A DNA stretch of 64,000 nucleotides, taken from assembly GCA_049965455.1 (NCBI GenBank), contig JBMFWH010000001.1, forward strand, positions 2,874 through 66,873, written 5' to 3'. The notes beneath the pieces were generated by a model, which saw only the letters and a program-made list of their open reading frames with translations, ran no database searches and was not told where the DNA came from. This document shows, in pieces, positions 28,047 through 37,043 of the stretch (position 1 is the first letter of the stretch; each line of letters begins with the position of its first letter). The translations under genes were made by a program, and so were the position numbers. This stretch comes from Thermoplasmata archaeon. Its GTDB lineage: Archaea; Thermoplasmatota; Thermoplasmata; Thermoplasmatales; ARK-15.

Positions 28047-28448
28047 TTATTCTACGTTTATCTTCATTTCTGATTTTACAGGCAATGTTATTGTCAGCAA
28101 TCCGTTTTCGTGCTTGGCGCTGATCTTTTCTTTCTCGACCGGAATGGGTATTTTCACGTATCTGTAAATATGATCTGGTCTTTCTCTCAGGTGAACGGTC
28201 CCATCCGATTCCTCTTTTCGCTGTGCTGTGATTTTCAAGTATTCGCCGACCATGCTAAGTTCAATATTCTCTTTGTTGAACCCTGGCAAATCTGCAATAA
28301 TGATCAAAGAATCCTTTTTTTCAATGATGTCTATTGGTGGTAATATAAATCTGTAAAATCCCTTATATCTCTCGCTTAATCTATCGTTAACTCTTTTTTT
28401 TACTTCCTCTTTAATGTCATCAGCAACTAATCTTATCATATCATCCAT
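28047..28448 (-). CDS. small heat-shock protein (Hsp20/alpha-crystallin)
   Basis: 133 aa. Alpha-crystallin domain ending ENGLLTITLP. Confidence 0.85.
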   Translation of the reverse strand: MDDMIRLVADDIKEEVKKRVNDRLSERYKGFYRFILPPIDIIEKKDSLIIIADLPGFNKENIELSMVGEYLKITAQRKEESDGTVHLRERPDHIYRYVKIPIPVEKEKISAKHENGLLTITLPVKSEMKINVE

Positions 28449-28499
28449 AAGTTACTCACCTCGCAAGGTTATTAATATGCCCGGCTATAAAAACATTTC

Positions 28500-30059
28500 T
28501 CAATTTTTTGATCGAAACGATAATACAAACAACAAAACGCTTATTGCTGCACCTATTAAAAAGTATTCAATAGATATGGCAAATAACAGAGCAGACGCAA
28601 TCAGAACACCACTGCCAGCAATAGCATACTCTAACGTAACTACCCTTTTGGCATGCTCTGCAGATAATCTATAATCTATATACGTGTTAATATTATCCGG
28701 TACATCCAGGAGGTTGGATATGGAATTTATGACCCTGTTAACTTCTCTATCTACCATGTAGTTAACGAGTTCTGTTCTCAACCCGGACTTACTTAAAAGC
28801 TCGCCAAGAGTCTCGATCATATTGAACTCTGGATCTAACGTTAGCACTACGCTTTCCATCAGAGAGTACATCCTTATAAACATCACAAGATCATTAGGCA
28901 ATCGGAATGGAAAATTAAAAAACACCTTATTTGCCGCTTTAAGCAGATCCCTGATCTCATATTCATTAATAGTCTTTCCCTCTAGTCCTTTAAATGCCAG
29001 ATTAATGCCTTTTTTGATGATCTCTTTGTTTACATAAGGATCCAGAGCATCAAGCTCGATCATTGCCGTAATGATCTTGTCAGCATCTTTATTGACCAAA
29101 GCATAATACAAATAAAACAATTTTCCACGAACATCTTTTGGGAGTTTTCCAACCATCCCGAAATCGTATAATATTATGGTCCCATCATTCAAGACCGATA
29201 TATTTCCCGGGTGCGGGTCTGCATGAAACTTGGGCTTTACAAGAACTAGCTCAGTAAACACGTACACGATTCTCTTAGCAAGATCTTTACGGTCTATGCC
29301 CGCACTGTTAATTGCCTCAACATTGGTAATCTTGATGCCTGGCAGATATTCCATTGTCAGCACTTTTTCAGTCACGTACTCGTCGTAAACGTCAGGAACC
29401 CTTATTTTTTTATCGTATGAAACATATTCTTTTATATCTTTTAAATTCTGAGCCTCTAGCTTATAGTTCATCTCTTCAAATATGGTATTTTGAATATGGT
29501 CCAGCACAATGGTCATGGAAAATGCAAAATCCCTGCCCACTAAGAACCTGTACCAAGGAACTATGGTCTTCATAGCTTTCAGATCCAGAATCACTCTTTT
29601 TCTTATTCCCGGCCTCAGTACTTTCACTGCAACGTTCTTCCCTTTTAACACGGCCCTGTGAACTTGTCCCAGGCTCGCAGATTGTATGGGCACTTTTTCA
29701 AAGTTTTCAAAAATCTTGTTAAAATTTTCACCCAGCGCTTCTTTCAGTTCTTTTTCAATGTCTTCAAATGGCGCGGGAGGAACAAGATCCTGCAACTCTG
29801 CCATTATCTCTATGTATTCTTCTGGAAACATGTCCGCTCTTGCAGAAAGTACCTGCCCTAACTTTATGAAAGTAGGCCCCAGTTTTATGATAAGATTCAA
29901 GTTTTTTCTAGCTAGAGTCTTGATCTTTAATCTATCACTCTCTTTTTCAGACTTGCTCAACTTATAAACCTTACGCATAATCAGTACCATGTCGAGCACT
30001 GAAAAATAGATCTTACGCCTGTGTTTCTTGATCTCCTTATAAGATACGATATCCATCAC
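28500..30059 (-). CDS. ABC1/UbiB-family atypical kinase with C-terminal membrane anchor
   Basis: 519 aa. ABC1 motifs (ASLGQVHRA, VAVKVLRPG, HADPHPGN) and two C-terminal hydrophobic helices. Confidence 0.85.
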   Translation of the reverse strand: MMDIVSYKEIKKHRRKIYFSVLDMVLIMRKVYKLSKSEKESDRLKIKTLARKNLNLIIKLGPTFIKLGQVLSARADMFPEEYIEIMAELQDLVPPAPFEDIEKELKEALGENFNKIFENFEKVPIQSASLGQVHRAVLKGKNVAVKVLRPGIRKRVILDLKAMKTIVPWYRFLVGRDFAFSMTIVLDHIQNTIFEEMNYKLEAQNLKDIKEYVSYDKKIRVPDVYDEYVTEKVLTMEYLPGIKITNVEAINSAGIDRKDLAKRIVYVFTELVLVKPKFHADPHPGNISVLNDGTIILYDFGMVGKLPKDVRGKLFYLYYALVNKDADKIITAMIELDALDPYVNKEIIKKGINLAFKGLEGKTINEYEIRDLLKAANKVFFNFPFRLPNDLVMFIRMYSLMESVVLTLDPEFNMIETLGELLSKSGLRTELVNYMVDREVNRVINSISNLLDVPDNINTYIDYRLSAEHAKRVVTLEYAIAGSGVLIASALLFAISIEYFLIGAAISVLLFVLSFRSKN

Positions 30060-30099
30060 CTTAAAATGATAATCATATTATATAACTTTTCTTTTTAAA

Positions 30100-30254
30100 G
30101 ATCATGTCAACTCTTCGTTGATACTTGCTTATTATTTCATTTTGTCGAAGGCATAGCTTTTATCTGGATCATTTAATTTGAATATTTTTTGAAATATGTG
30201 TAGTATGATAACTGATGCTATTTTTAATATTTTCAACGAAAAATTGACAGCGTC
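30100..30254. mobile_element. 155-bp MITE, copy A
   Basis: 151/155 nt identical to 34085..34239, with unrelated flanks. Imperfect terminal inverted repeats: GATCATGTCAACTCTTCGTTGA against the reverse complement of TCAACGAAAAATTGACAGCGTC. Perfect 8-bp TSD tttttaaa at 30092..30099 and 30255..30262. Confidence 0.9.
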
Positions 30255-30313
30255 TTTTTAAAAGTTACAAAATTTAGAAAAGATAATATTTGCATAAGTA
30301 ATAAGGGTATAGG

Positions 30314-30688
30314 ATGAAAGATAAAGCAGAGCAATATTTCAACTGCACTATGCGCGATCGTGCAATATTCGAGGCGGGGATCAAGCTGGGGACTGTTTAT
30401 CATCAGTTTGTGGGAGTACCGATCAACAAGGACAATGTTGAGATACTGGAAAAGGCAATAGAAGAGAGCATCAAGGTTCAGCCATTTGTGGATTCTGTAT
30501 CAGTTCAGATAGACAGGTCCCTATTAAAAAAAAGTGCTGGGCCATATAAATATTTGACGCTTACTGGAAACATGATACATGTAGAATTAACCATAAAGTA
30601 TCAGAGAGTAAAAGTAATATGCAAATTGAACTATATTGCAGAGATAGATTATCCATTAATGTACATATCAGATATATTAGAGGAATAG
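30314..30688 (+). CDS. small archaeal protein, probably COG2098/MptD-like dihydroneopterin aldolase
   Basis: 124 aa. The motif RAIFEAGIKLGTVYHQFVGVPI is recalled from the MptD family. Assigned from memory only. Confidence 0.5.
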   Translation: MKDKAEQYFNCTMRDRAIFEAGIKLGTVYHQFVGVPINKDNVEILEKAIEESIKVQPFVDSVSVQIDRSLLKKSAGPYKYLTLTGNMIHVELTIKYQRVKVICKLNYIAEIDYPLMYISDILEE

Positions 30689-30690
30689 AA

Positions 30691-31227
30691 ATGTTTGTAA
30701 AAATAGGATTAAGCGGACTTCCAAGCATTGGCAAAACCACTACACTGCTAAAAACGATTAACATACTCGAGTCTCAAGGCTACAAGATTGGGGGTATTGT
30801 CACTGAAGAAGTGGTCGAAGACGGGAAAAGAGTGGGGTTTTATCTGTTAGACTGGACTACAAAAGAGAAAAAAATATTTGCGCACAAAGACTTTCAGAGC
30901 AGGTACAAGGTTGGAAAATATGGTTTGGACATCAAGTTACTGGAAGATTTAGGAATCCGTGCTCTGGAAGAGGCAAAAGAAGCAGACGTAATAGTGATTG
31001 ATGAGCTGGGAAAGATGGAATCAGAGAGCAAAAAGTTTGTGAGTGCGGTCAAAGAGATACTGGACATGGACAAGAACATCATCATCACGGTGCACAAAAA
31101 ATCCAGGAACTCGTTATTGCAGGAAATACGAAGAAGAGATGATATCAGGATATTAGAGGTTACGCAGGTTAACAGGAACGTACTGCCATTTAAGATAGTA
31201 AGCTTGGTCAAGGGAGAGCGCGTGTGA
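30691..31227 (+). CDS. THEP1-type nucleoside-triphosphatase
   Basis: ATG at 30691 inside the tracked ORF. P-loop GLPSIGKTT and Walker B VIVIDELGKME. Confidence 0.8.
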   Translation: MFVKIGLSGLPSIGKTTTLLKTINILESQGYKIGGIVTEEVVEDGKRVGFYLLDWTTKEKKIFAHKDFQSRYKVGKYGLDIKLLEDLGIRALEEAKEADVIVIDELGKMESESKKFVSAVKEILDMDKNIIITVHKKSRNSLLQEIRRRDDIRILEVTQVNRNVLPFKIVSLVKGERV

Positions 31228-32270
31228 GCATATTAAAAGTGAAAGAGGGGCTTGCAGAAATTTACATCCCAAAAATATCTACAGAACTGGGACCTGGCAA
31301 AAAAGGAGGGGGATACTATAGCAAGCCTATGATTTTTTCCCGAGACCTGACAGTAATGGTTTTAAAAGCTGTGGATAATCAGGGTATCAAAGCGCTGGAC
31401 GGGCTTGCATCTTCTGGTATTAGAGGATTGAGAATCGCAAAAGAAACGGGCATAAAGATAGACCTAAACGACAAGAGTCAGTATGCAGTGAATCTTATCA
31501 GGAGGAACGTGGAGCTGAATGACATCGATTTAAACGTGACTCAGATGGACTTGAATTGTCTGTTACAGTCTAAAAAATATGATTATATAGATATCGATCC
31601 ATACGGCTCGTTCGCACCCTATTTAGAAAGTGCAATCGGGAGCATTAACAATAACGGAATTATGGGCATTACTGCCACTGATCTCCCGAATTTTACAGGT
31701 ACAAACAAGAATAAAGGATTGAAGAAATATGGAAGCATTGGAATAAGAAACTATTTGAAACAGGAAGCAGGGTTAAGAATCATGCTCGCATACATAGCAA
31801 AGGTAGCAGTTGCAAACAACATGGGCATCGAGCCATTGGTATCAGTATACAGAGATTACTATTACAGGACATTCATCAGGTTCAAGAAAGGAGCAAGATA
31901 CAGCACTAGGACTTTAAACAATGTCCAGACAATAGCCATGGTATCCATTATGCCAAAGCATTACGGGCCGTTCTGGATCGGCGATCTTCACAACATAGAC
32001 TTTATAAAAAAACTGAAAAACGAATCGTATTTTGCATCATATAAGCTTATAGAGAAATATCTGGGATATTTCAATCTTGAAAATATGCTATTTTTTTATT
32101 CTACGGAAGAACTCTGCAACAGATTAAAGGTGTCGCAGGTAAAAGTGGATACTGTAATATCCAGGTTAAAGAGTATGGGGTTCAACGCTTCAAGGACCCA
32201 GTTTGATCCCTTGGGAATAAAAACGCATGCATCGTATATGAAAATGAAAGAAGCAATATTATCACGCTAA
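31224..32270 (+). CDS. trm1: tRNA (guanine26-N2)-dimethyltransferase
   Basis: 348 aa. Motifs LDGLASSGIRGLR and DIDPYGS. Confidence 0.85.
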   Translation: MSILKVKEGLAEIYIPKISTELGPGKKGGGYYSKPMIFSRDLTVMVLKAVDNQGIKALDGLASSGIRGLRIAKETGIKIDLNDKSQYAVNLIRRNVELNDIDLNVTQMDLNCLLQSKKYDYIDIDPYGSFAPYLESAIGSINNNGIMGITATDLPNFTGTNKNKGLKKYGSIGIRNYLKQEAGLRIMLAYIAKVAVANNMGIEPLVSVYRDYYYRTFIRFKKGARYSTRTLNNVQTIAMVSIMPKHYGPFWIGDLHNIDFIKKLKNESYFASYKLIEKYLGYFNLENMLFFYSTEELCNRLKVSQVKVDTVISRLKSMGFNASRTQFDPLGIKTHASYMKMKEAILSR

Positions 32271-33230
32271 TTTTTCATCGCAGAACTCGCGTCTTGAGCA
32301 TCCAAGACACCGGTTAGGGTTGTTATGGTTTCTATGCGCGATGCCCGTTAATTCTGCCTGCTTGATCTCTGCCACTTTTTTTAAGACCAGTTCTTTCAGA
32401 TCATCGGTATATTCTATTTGAAAATCTTTTTTGCCGTATTTGATAATGCCGTATGGTGGAGTTTTGCCATACTTTTCCTCCACCAAAATGCAATAAGCAG
32501 TGACCTGTATTATATGCGAAAACAGAGGTCCCCTAGGTACCCTCCCGCTTTTGTATTCTATTGGGATATAGTCACCTTTAACAAGAACCACGAAGTCAGG
32601 CCTACCGCTGATATCATACTTGTCCGAGAAAAGAACTGGGGTATTGTCTTCTAGATCGTCAACATATACGATTTGCCCTTCTGGTAGCCCGTATTTTTTA
32701 TGCAGGATATTTAGCTTGTTTTCTTTCAATAATGAATAGTAGAGCGCAAAAGAAGCTCCTGCGAGCCACAATACCCCCACAATCTCAAATATTATGCCAA
32801 CTTCTCTCCTACCCGGCAAAAAATAATATATAAACAACGATAACACGATCAATAAAAATGATGAGTAAAGTACTATATTTAACCATTTATTATAGTGTGT
32901 AAGATGCGAGATCAAAATCTCTATTATTCCTACAAGGATCCAGATAAATGAAATAATGAGCAATAATTGAAATATTGAGAGAGGCTTGATAAAGAAAGTA
33001 AGCCCAAAGATAGAAAGTATCGTTCCCACAACCGAGAATATCAATATTATAGTTTCAAGCTGTTTGAGGTCATCAATCAACATTTTCTGCAATAACCCAC
33101 CTCTTGCAGCATCTTTATGTTTTGAGACGCCACCGGAAATATCCACTTTTCTGGTTTTACTGATCTTCCAGTTAACAGGACAATACGAAAACTTTTCTAA
33201 ATCTCCAGCAGAAATATAATGTTTTTGCAC
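32262..33230 (-). CDS. Cas4/DUF83-family PD-(D/E)XK nuclease with a four-helix transmembrane insertion
   Basis: N-terminal Cys (FSYCPVNW). Nuclease motifs GRPD, IEYK and QVTAY. C-terminal CLGCSRREFC (C-x2-C-x5-C). Four hydrophobic helices span roughly aa 57-168, between the first Cys and the core. Confidence 0.75.
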   Translation of the reverse strand: MQKHYISAGDLEKFSYCPVNWKISKTRKVDISGGVSKHKDAARGGLLQKMLIDDLKQLETIILIFSVVGTILSIFGLTFFIKPLSIFQLLLIISFIWILVGIIEILISHLTHYNKWLNIVLYSSFLLIVLSLFIYYFLPGRREVGIIFEIVGVLWLAGASFALYYSLLKENKLNILHKKYGLPEGQIVYVDDLEDNTPVLFSDKYDISGRPDFVVLVKGDYIPIEYKSGRVPRGPLFSHIIQVTAYCILVEEKYGKTPPYGIIKYGKKDFQIEYTDDLKELVLKKVAEIKQAELTGIAHRNHNNPNRCLGCSRREFCDEKLA

Positions 33231-33345
33231 GTGCTCTTTTAATCGCTCAATACTATTAAAATGTTTCTTAATTGATTTTTGCGGGGATGAGATTTTTAGT
33301 ATTTGTGCTAGAAATATTAATATATAATAATCTTAATTCCTTATT

Positions 33346-34038
33346 ATGATCGGAGCAATTTTAGCAGGTGGTTACGGCAAGAGACTATTGCCACTTACCG
33401 AGAGCAGGCCGAAAGTGTTGCTTGAAATCAAAGAAAATTATACAATACTGGATAAACAACTTTTAGATATGAAAAATGCAGGCATAAAATCAGTGTACCT
33501 TCTCACCGGTTATAAAGGAGAGATAATTGAAAACAGGTTTAAAAATGAATATAAAGGCATTGAGCTCGTTTATTTGAAAGAGGATACGCCGATGGGGACG
33601 CTCTGGTCTATCAAGAACCTGTTTGAATATATAGATGATGACATATTACTTAGGAATGGAGATACTATCTGTGACGTGGATTTTAAGAAGCTATTTAAAT
33701 TTTACACTAAGTACCAGAAGATCCTGACATTGGTTGCGGTCAAAATGAGAAGTCCATACGGTATACTCAAGCTTGATAGGGCAAGCATCATACAGTTTCA
33801 AGAGAAGCCGTTATTAAACTATTATATGAACGCGGGATACTACATAATCAAAAAAGAGGTTCAATCATATTTGAAAAGATCGTATTCAGAAACAGATATA
33901 GAAAAAACTGTATTTCAGGATCTTGTCAATGATCGAGAGGCGGTGGCATATAAACATAAAGGGTACTGGGCTTCACTGGACTCTGTGAAAGATTATGAAG
34001 AGATTACTAAATTTTATAAGAATTTTGAACCCATCTGA
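33346..34038 (+). CDS. sugar-phosphate nucleotidyltransferase
   Basis: 230 aa. N-terminal loop ILAGGYGKRLLPLT. Confidence 0.75.
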   Translation: MIGAILAGGYGKRLLPLTESRPKVLLEIKENYTILDKQLLDMKNAGIKSVYLLTGYKGEIIENRFKNEYKGIELVYLKEDTPMGTLWSIKNLFEYIDDDILLRNGDTICDVDFKKLFKFYTKYQKILTLVAVKMRSPYGILKLDRASIIQFQEKPLLNYYMNAGYYIIKKEVQSYLKRSYSETDIEKTVFQDLVNDREAVAYKHKGYWASLDSVKDYEEITKFYKNFEPI

Positions 34039-34084
34039 TACACATAAGTTTCAAAATCAAAATTTTTGCAGAGTATTTTGTTAG

Positions 34085-34239
34085 GATCATGTCAACTCTT
34101 CGTTGATAATTGCTTATTATTTCATTTTGTCGAAGGCATAGCTTTTATCTGGATCATTTAATCTGAATATTTTTTGAAATATGTGTAGTATGATAACTGA
34201 TACTATTTTTAATATTTTCAACAAAAAATTGACAGCGTC
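34085..34239. mobile_element. 155-bp MITE, copy B
   Basis: Same orientation as copy A. Perfect 8-bp TSD tttgttag at 34077..34084 and 34240..34247. It lies 81 bp upstream of the L7Ae start codon. Confidence 0.9.
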
Positions 34240-34320
34240 TTTGTTAGATAAACTATTTATATTATGATCCTTTTACATCTCTTTACCTATGATCGAACAG
34301 ATGAAAGAGGTAGATAGAAT

Positions 34321-34689
34321 ATGGCTAAACCAATATATGTAAAATTTGAAGTACCAAAAGAGCTACAAGATAAAATATTGAGCGTTGTCGAAAAAGCAAA
34401 AGAAAGCGGAAAAATAAAAAAAGGAACCAATGAGGTTACTAAAGCGATAGAGAGAAATGAGGCCAAATTCGTAGTAGTTGCAGAAGATGTAAACCCGCCA
34501 GAAGTAGTAGCACATGTGCCATTGCTTTGCGATGAGAAAGGAATAGTGTACGGATTTGTATCTACGATGAAAGATCTCGGCAGTAAAATCGGGCTGAAAT
34601 CTACAGCCAGCGTTGCAATATTGGATCTTGGCAAAGGTGAAGAGAGCTTTAAGAGTGTCAGTGAAGAAATATCCAAGATTAAAAAGTGA
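34321..34689 (+). CDS. rpl7ae: ribosomal protein L7Ae
   Basis: 122 aa. GTNEVTKAIERNEAKFVVVAEDVNPPE signature. Confidence 0.95.
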   Translation: MAKPIYVKFEVPKELQDKILSVVEKAKESGKIKKGTNEVTKAIERNEAKFVVVAEDVNPPEVVAHVPLLCDEKGIVYGFVSTMKDLGSKIGLKSTASVAILDLGKGEESFKSVSEEISKIKK

Positions 34690-34695
34690 TTTTAA

Positions 34696-34908
34696 ATGGC
34701 TGAAGATAGTGCAACACCCTCCGAGGTTGTTGAAATTATGGGAAGAACCGGAATGACTGGAGAAGTCATTCAAGTTAAGGTCAGGGTATTAAGCGGTACT
34801 GACAAAGGCAGGATAATTACCCGAAATATTATAGGCCCAGTACAGATAGGGGACATATTAATGCTCAGAGAAACAGCAAGAGAAGCAAGAAAACTTGTGG
34901 CTAGGTGA
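34696..34908 (+). CDS. rps28e: ribosomal protein S28e
   Basis: 70 aa. Motifs [16 protein letters not shown] and [14 protein letters not shown]. Confidence 0.95.
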   Translation: MAEDSATPSEVVEIMGRTGMTGEVIQVKVRVLSGTDKGRIITRNIIGPVQIGDILMLRETAREARKLVAR

Positions 34909-34916
34909 AAAAAATC

Positions 34917-35162
34917 ATGGTAAGCAAGAGAGTATGTTCTTTCTGCGGAAACCCGTTTGAAGTGGGAACCGGAACAATGTTCATAAGGAAAGATGGCACG
35001 ATCCTCTATTTTTGCAGCAGCAAATGCGAGAAAAACATGTTGAAATTAAAGAGAATCCCGAGAAAAGTGTTATGGACCCAGAGCTATAAAGAAGAGAAGA
35101 AAGTAAGAATACATATGGTGAAAAAGAGTGACGAAACAAACGTTAATATTACTAAAGCCTGA
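34917..35162 (+). CDS. rpl24e: ribosomal protein L24e
   Basis: Zinc-ribbon CSFCG...CSSKC. ATG at 34917; the tracked GTG at 34905 is also possible. Confidence 0.9.
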   Translation: MVSKRVCSFCGNPFEVGTGTMFIRKDGTILYFCSSKCEKNMLKLKRIPRKVLWTQSYKEEKKVRIHMVKKSDETNVNITKA

Positions 35163-35577
35163 TGCAGTGCAAAGAAGCTTGATCGGTGAAATAATCCGCA
35201 GGATAGAGAAAAAAGGGCTGAAAATCGTAGCTTTGAAGATGTTGGCGGTCTCTCCTGCTCTGGCAGAAAAGCTGTATGAGGTCCATAAAGACAAGAAATT
35301 TTACACGGATCTAATGCTTTACATCACTTCAGGGCCGATCGTGGCCATGGTGGTGGAAGGAGAGCAGGTTGTAGAAGTAGTGCGCTTGTTGATAGGCAGC
35401 ACTGACGGTGCTAAAGCCTCACCCGGCACCATAAGAGGGGACTTTGCTCTCAACATCCAGAAAAACGTAATACATGCATCTGATTCTGAAGAACGAGCTA
35501 AATTTGAGATTTCAATATTCTTTAACAGTGCAGAGATATTGAACTATAAGAAATCAGACATGAACTGGATATATTAA
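35128..35577 (+). CDS. ndk: nucleoside diphosphate kinase
   Basis: GTG start overlapping the L24e end. Motifs [11 protein letters not shown] and active-site NVIHASDS. Confidence 0.9.
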   Translation: MTKQTLILLKPDAVQRSLIGEIIRRIEKKGLKIVALKMLAVSPALAEKLYEVHKDKKFYTDLMLYITSGPIVAMVVEGEQVVEVVRLLIGSTDGAKASPGTIRGDFALNIQKNVIHASDSEERAKFEISIFFNSAEILNYKKSDMNWIY

Positions 35578-35579
35578 CT

Positions 35580-37043
35580 CTATTCCTCTTTTTTTATTGC
35601 GAGTATCGGATATAACAACACTTCTTTTAAGCTAGTTTGCGCGGTTAAAAGCATTACAAGCCGGTCTATGCCAATGCCAATCCCGCCTGCATTGGGCATT
35701 CCCACCCTCAAGGCATCGATAAAATCTTGGTCAAACTGCTGTGCCTCTTCATCTCCCAGATTCCTCAGCGCAGTTTCTTCCCTCAAAGTTTGCTCCTGCC
35801 TGATCGGGTCGTTCAGCTCAGAATAGCCGTTTGCAAGCTCCATGCCGTTCACGAAAAACTCAAATCTCTCGATGAGTTCAGGGTCATCCCTGTGGATCTT
35901 GCACAGCGGAGTGCTCTCTTTCGGATAGTCTATGACAAATGTGGGTTCAATAAGTTCTTCTTCGCATAACGATTCGAAAAGCTTTGTGATTGCCAATCCC
36001 CTGCTATATTTTACTAGTTTTATTCCATGCTGCAAAACCAGTTTTTGCAGTTCTTCGTCGGTGATAGTTTTGGGATCTATCCCTTTTTCGCGCAATAGTG
36101 AGTACATGGTCACGCGTCTCCAGGGCTTGGACAGGTCCAGCTGGTGATCTTTGAAATCTATCATGTAAGAACCGTTCACTTTCAAAGCCACAGCTTTCAG
36201 CATCTGTTCTGCCAGGTCCATCATGTCATTGTAATCTTTGTACGCTTCATATATCTCAATCATAGTAAATTCAGGGTTATGAGTGGTGTCTATGTCCTCG
36301 TTCCTGAAATCTTTGGCAATCTCGTAGACTTTTGTATAACCTCCGACAAGCAACCTTTTTAGATATAGCTCGTCAGATATCCTGAGATAATAGTTCTGCT
36401 TTATCGAATTTACCAACGTGATAAAAGGCCTGGCATTCGCGCCGCCATATATGGGCTGTAAAACCGGGGTTTCAAACTCTATATATTCTCTTTGATCAAG
36501 ATAGTTTCTGACCTCTCTTATGATCCTGGATCGCTTCAAGAAAATTTCAAACACGTTTTTATTAAGCAGCAGGTCTAGATATCTGGCCCTGTATCTAGTC
36601 TCAACGTCTTCAAGCCCGAACCACTGGTGTGGCAGGTCATATAAAGACTTTGCAAGAATCTCGAATTTTAAAACTAATATGCTCAGCTCTCCGCGCTGTG
36701 TTCTTGTTATTGTACCTTCACACCATATAAAATCGCCACGGTCCAGGTACTTATTAAAAAACTCAAACCTCTCTTTTAAAACCTCGCTTTTCAGGTATAG
36801 CTGTATTTTAAAGCCATTATCTACAAGATCTCCAAATGCCACTTTTCCATGAAACCTAAGCGCGAATATACGCCCTGATATCTTTTCAGTATGTTCCATG
36901 AAAAGTTCTGGATTACTTACTATTTTTTCAATAGTAGTGCTATTTTCCAGTTTTGATGGATAAAGATTAACATGCATCTGCCCCAGTTCTTCCACGAGTT
37001 TCAGGCGGTGTTCAAGATCTTTCCGCTGAGTCATTTTATTCAA
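35580..37043 (-). CDS. lysS: lysyl-tRNA synthetase, class II
   Basis: 487 aa. Class II LysRS motifs FRNEDIDTTHNPEFTMIEIYEAY and GIGIGIDRLVMLL. Confidence 0.9.
   Translation of the reverse strand: MNKMTQRKDLEHRLKLVEELGQMHVNLYPSKLENSTTIEKIVSNPELFMEHTEKISGRIFALRFHGKVAFGDLVDNGFKIQLYLKSEVLKERFEFFNKYLDRGDFIWCEGTITRTQRGELSILVLKFEILAKSLYDLPHQWFGLEDVETRYRARYLDLLLNKNVFEIFLKRSRIIREVRNYLDQREYIEFETPVLQPIYGGANARPFITLVNSIKQNYYLRISDELYLKRLLVGGYTKVYEIAKDFRNEDIDTTHNPEFTMIEIYEAYKDYNDMMDLAEQMLKAVALKVNGSYMIDFKDHQLDLSKPWRRVTMYSLLREKGIDPKTITDEELQKLVLQHGIKLVKYSRGLAITKLFESLCEEELIEPTFVIDYPKESTPLCKIHRDDPELIERFEFFVNGMELANGYSELNDPIRQEQTLREETALRNLGDEEAQQFDQDFIDALRVGMPNAGGIGIGIDRLVMLLTAQTSLKEVLLYPILAIKKEE

Noticed and set aside
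30206-30215. tgataactga inside the MITE resembles juxtaposed C-box (UGAUGA) and D-box (CUGA) or K-turn sequences. This was tempting because copy B sits upstream of L7Ae, which binds K-turns.
   Set aside because: There is no guide region between the boxes. The geometry gives U-A/G-G/A-U rather than tandem sheared G-A pairs with a 3-nt bulge. The simple 5-bp hairpin is the only supported structure.
35580-37043. A class II lysyl-tRNA synthetase in an archaeon, considered as possible horizontal transfer because most archaea use class I LysRS.
   Set aside because: As I recall, Thermoplasmata and some other archaeal lineages normally carry the class II enzyme. Its placement in the ribosomal/RNAP block argues for a native gene. 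This is a taxonomic hint, not an anomaly.
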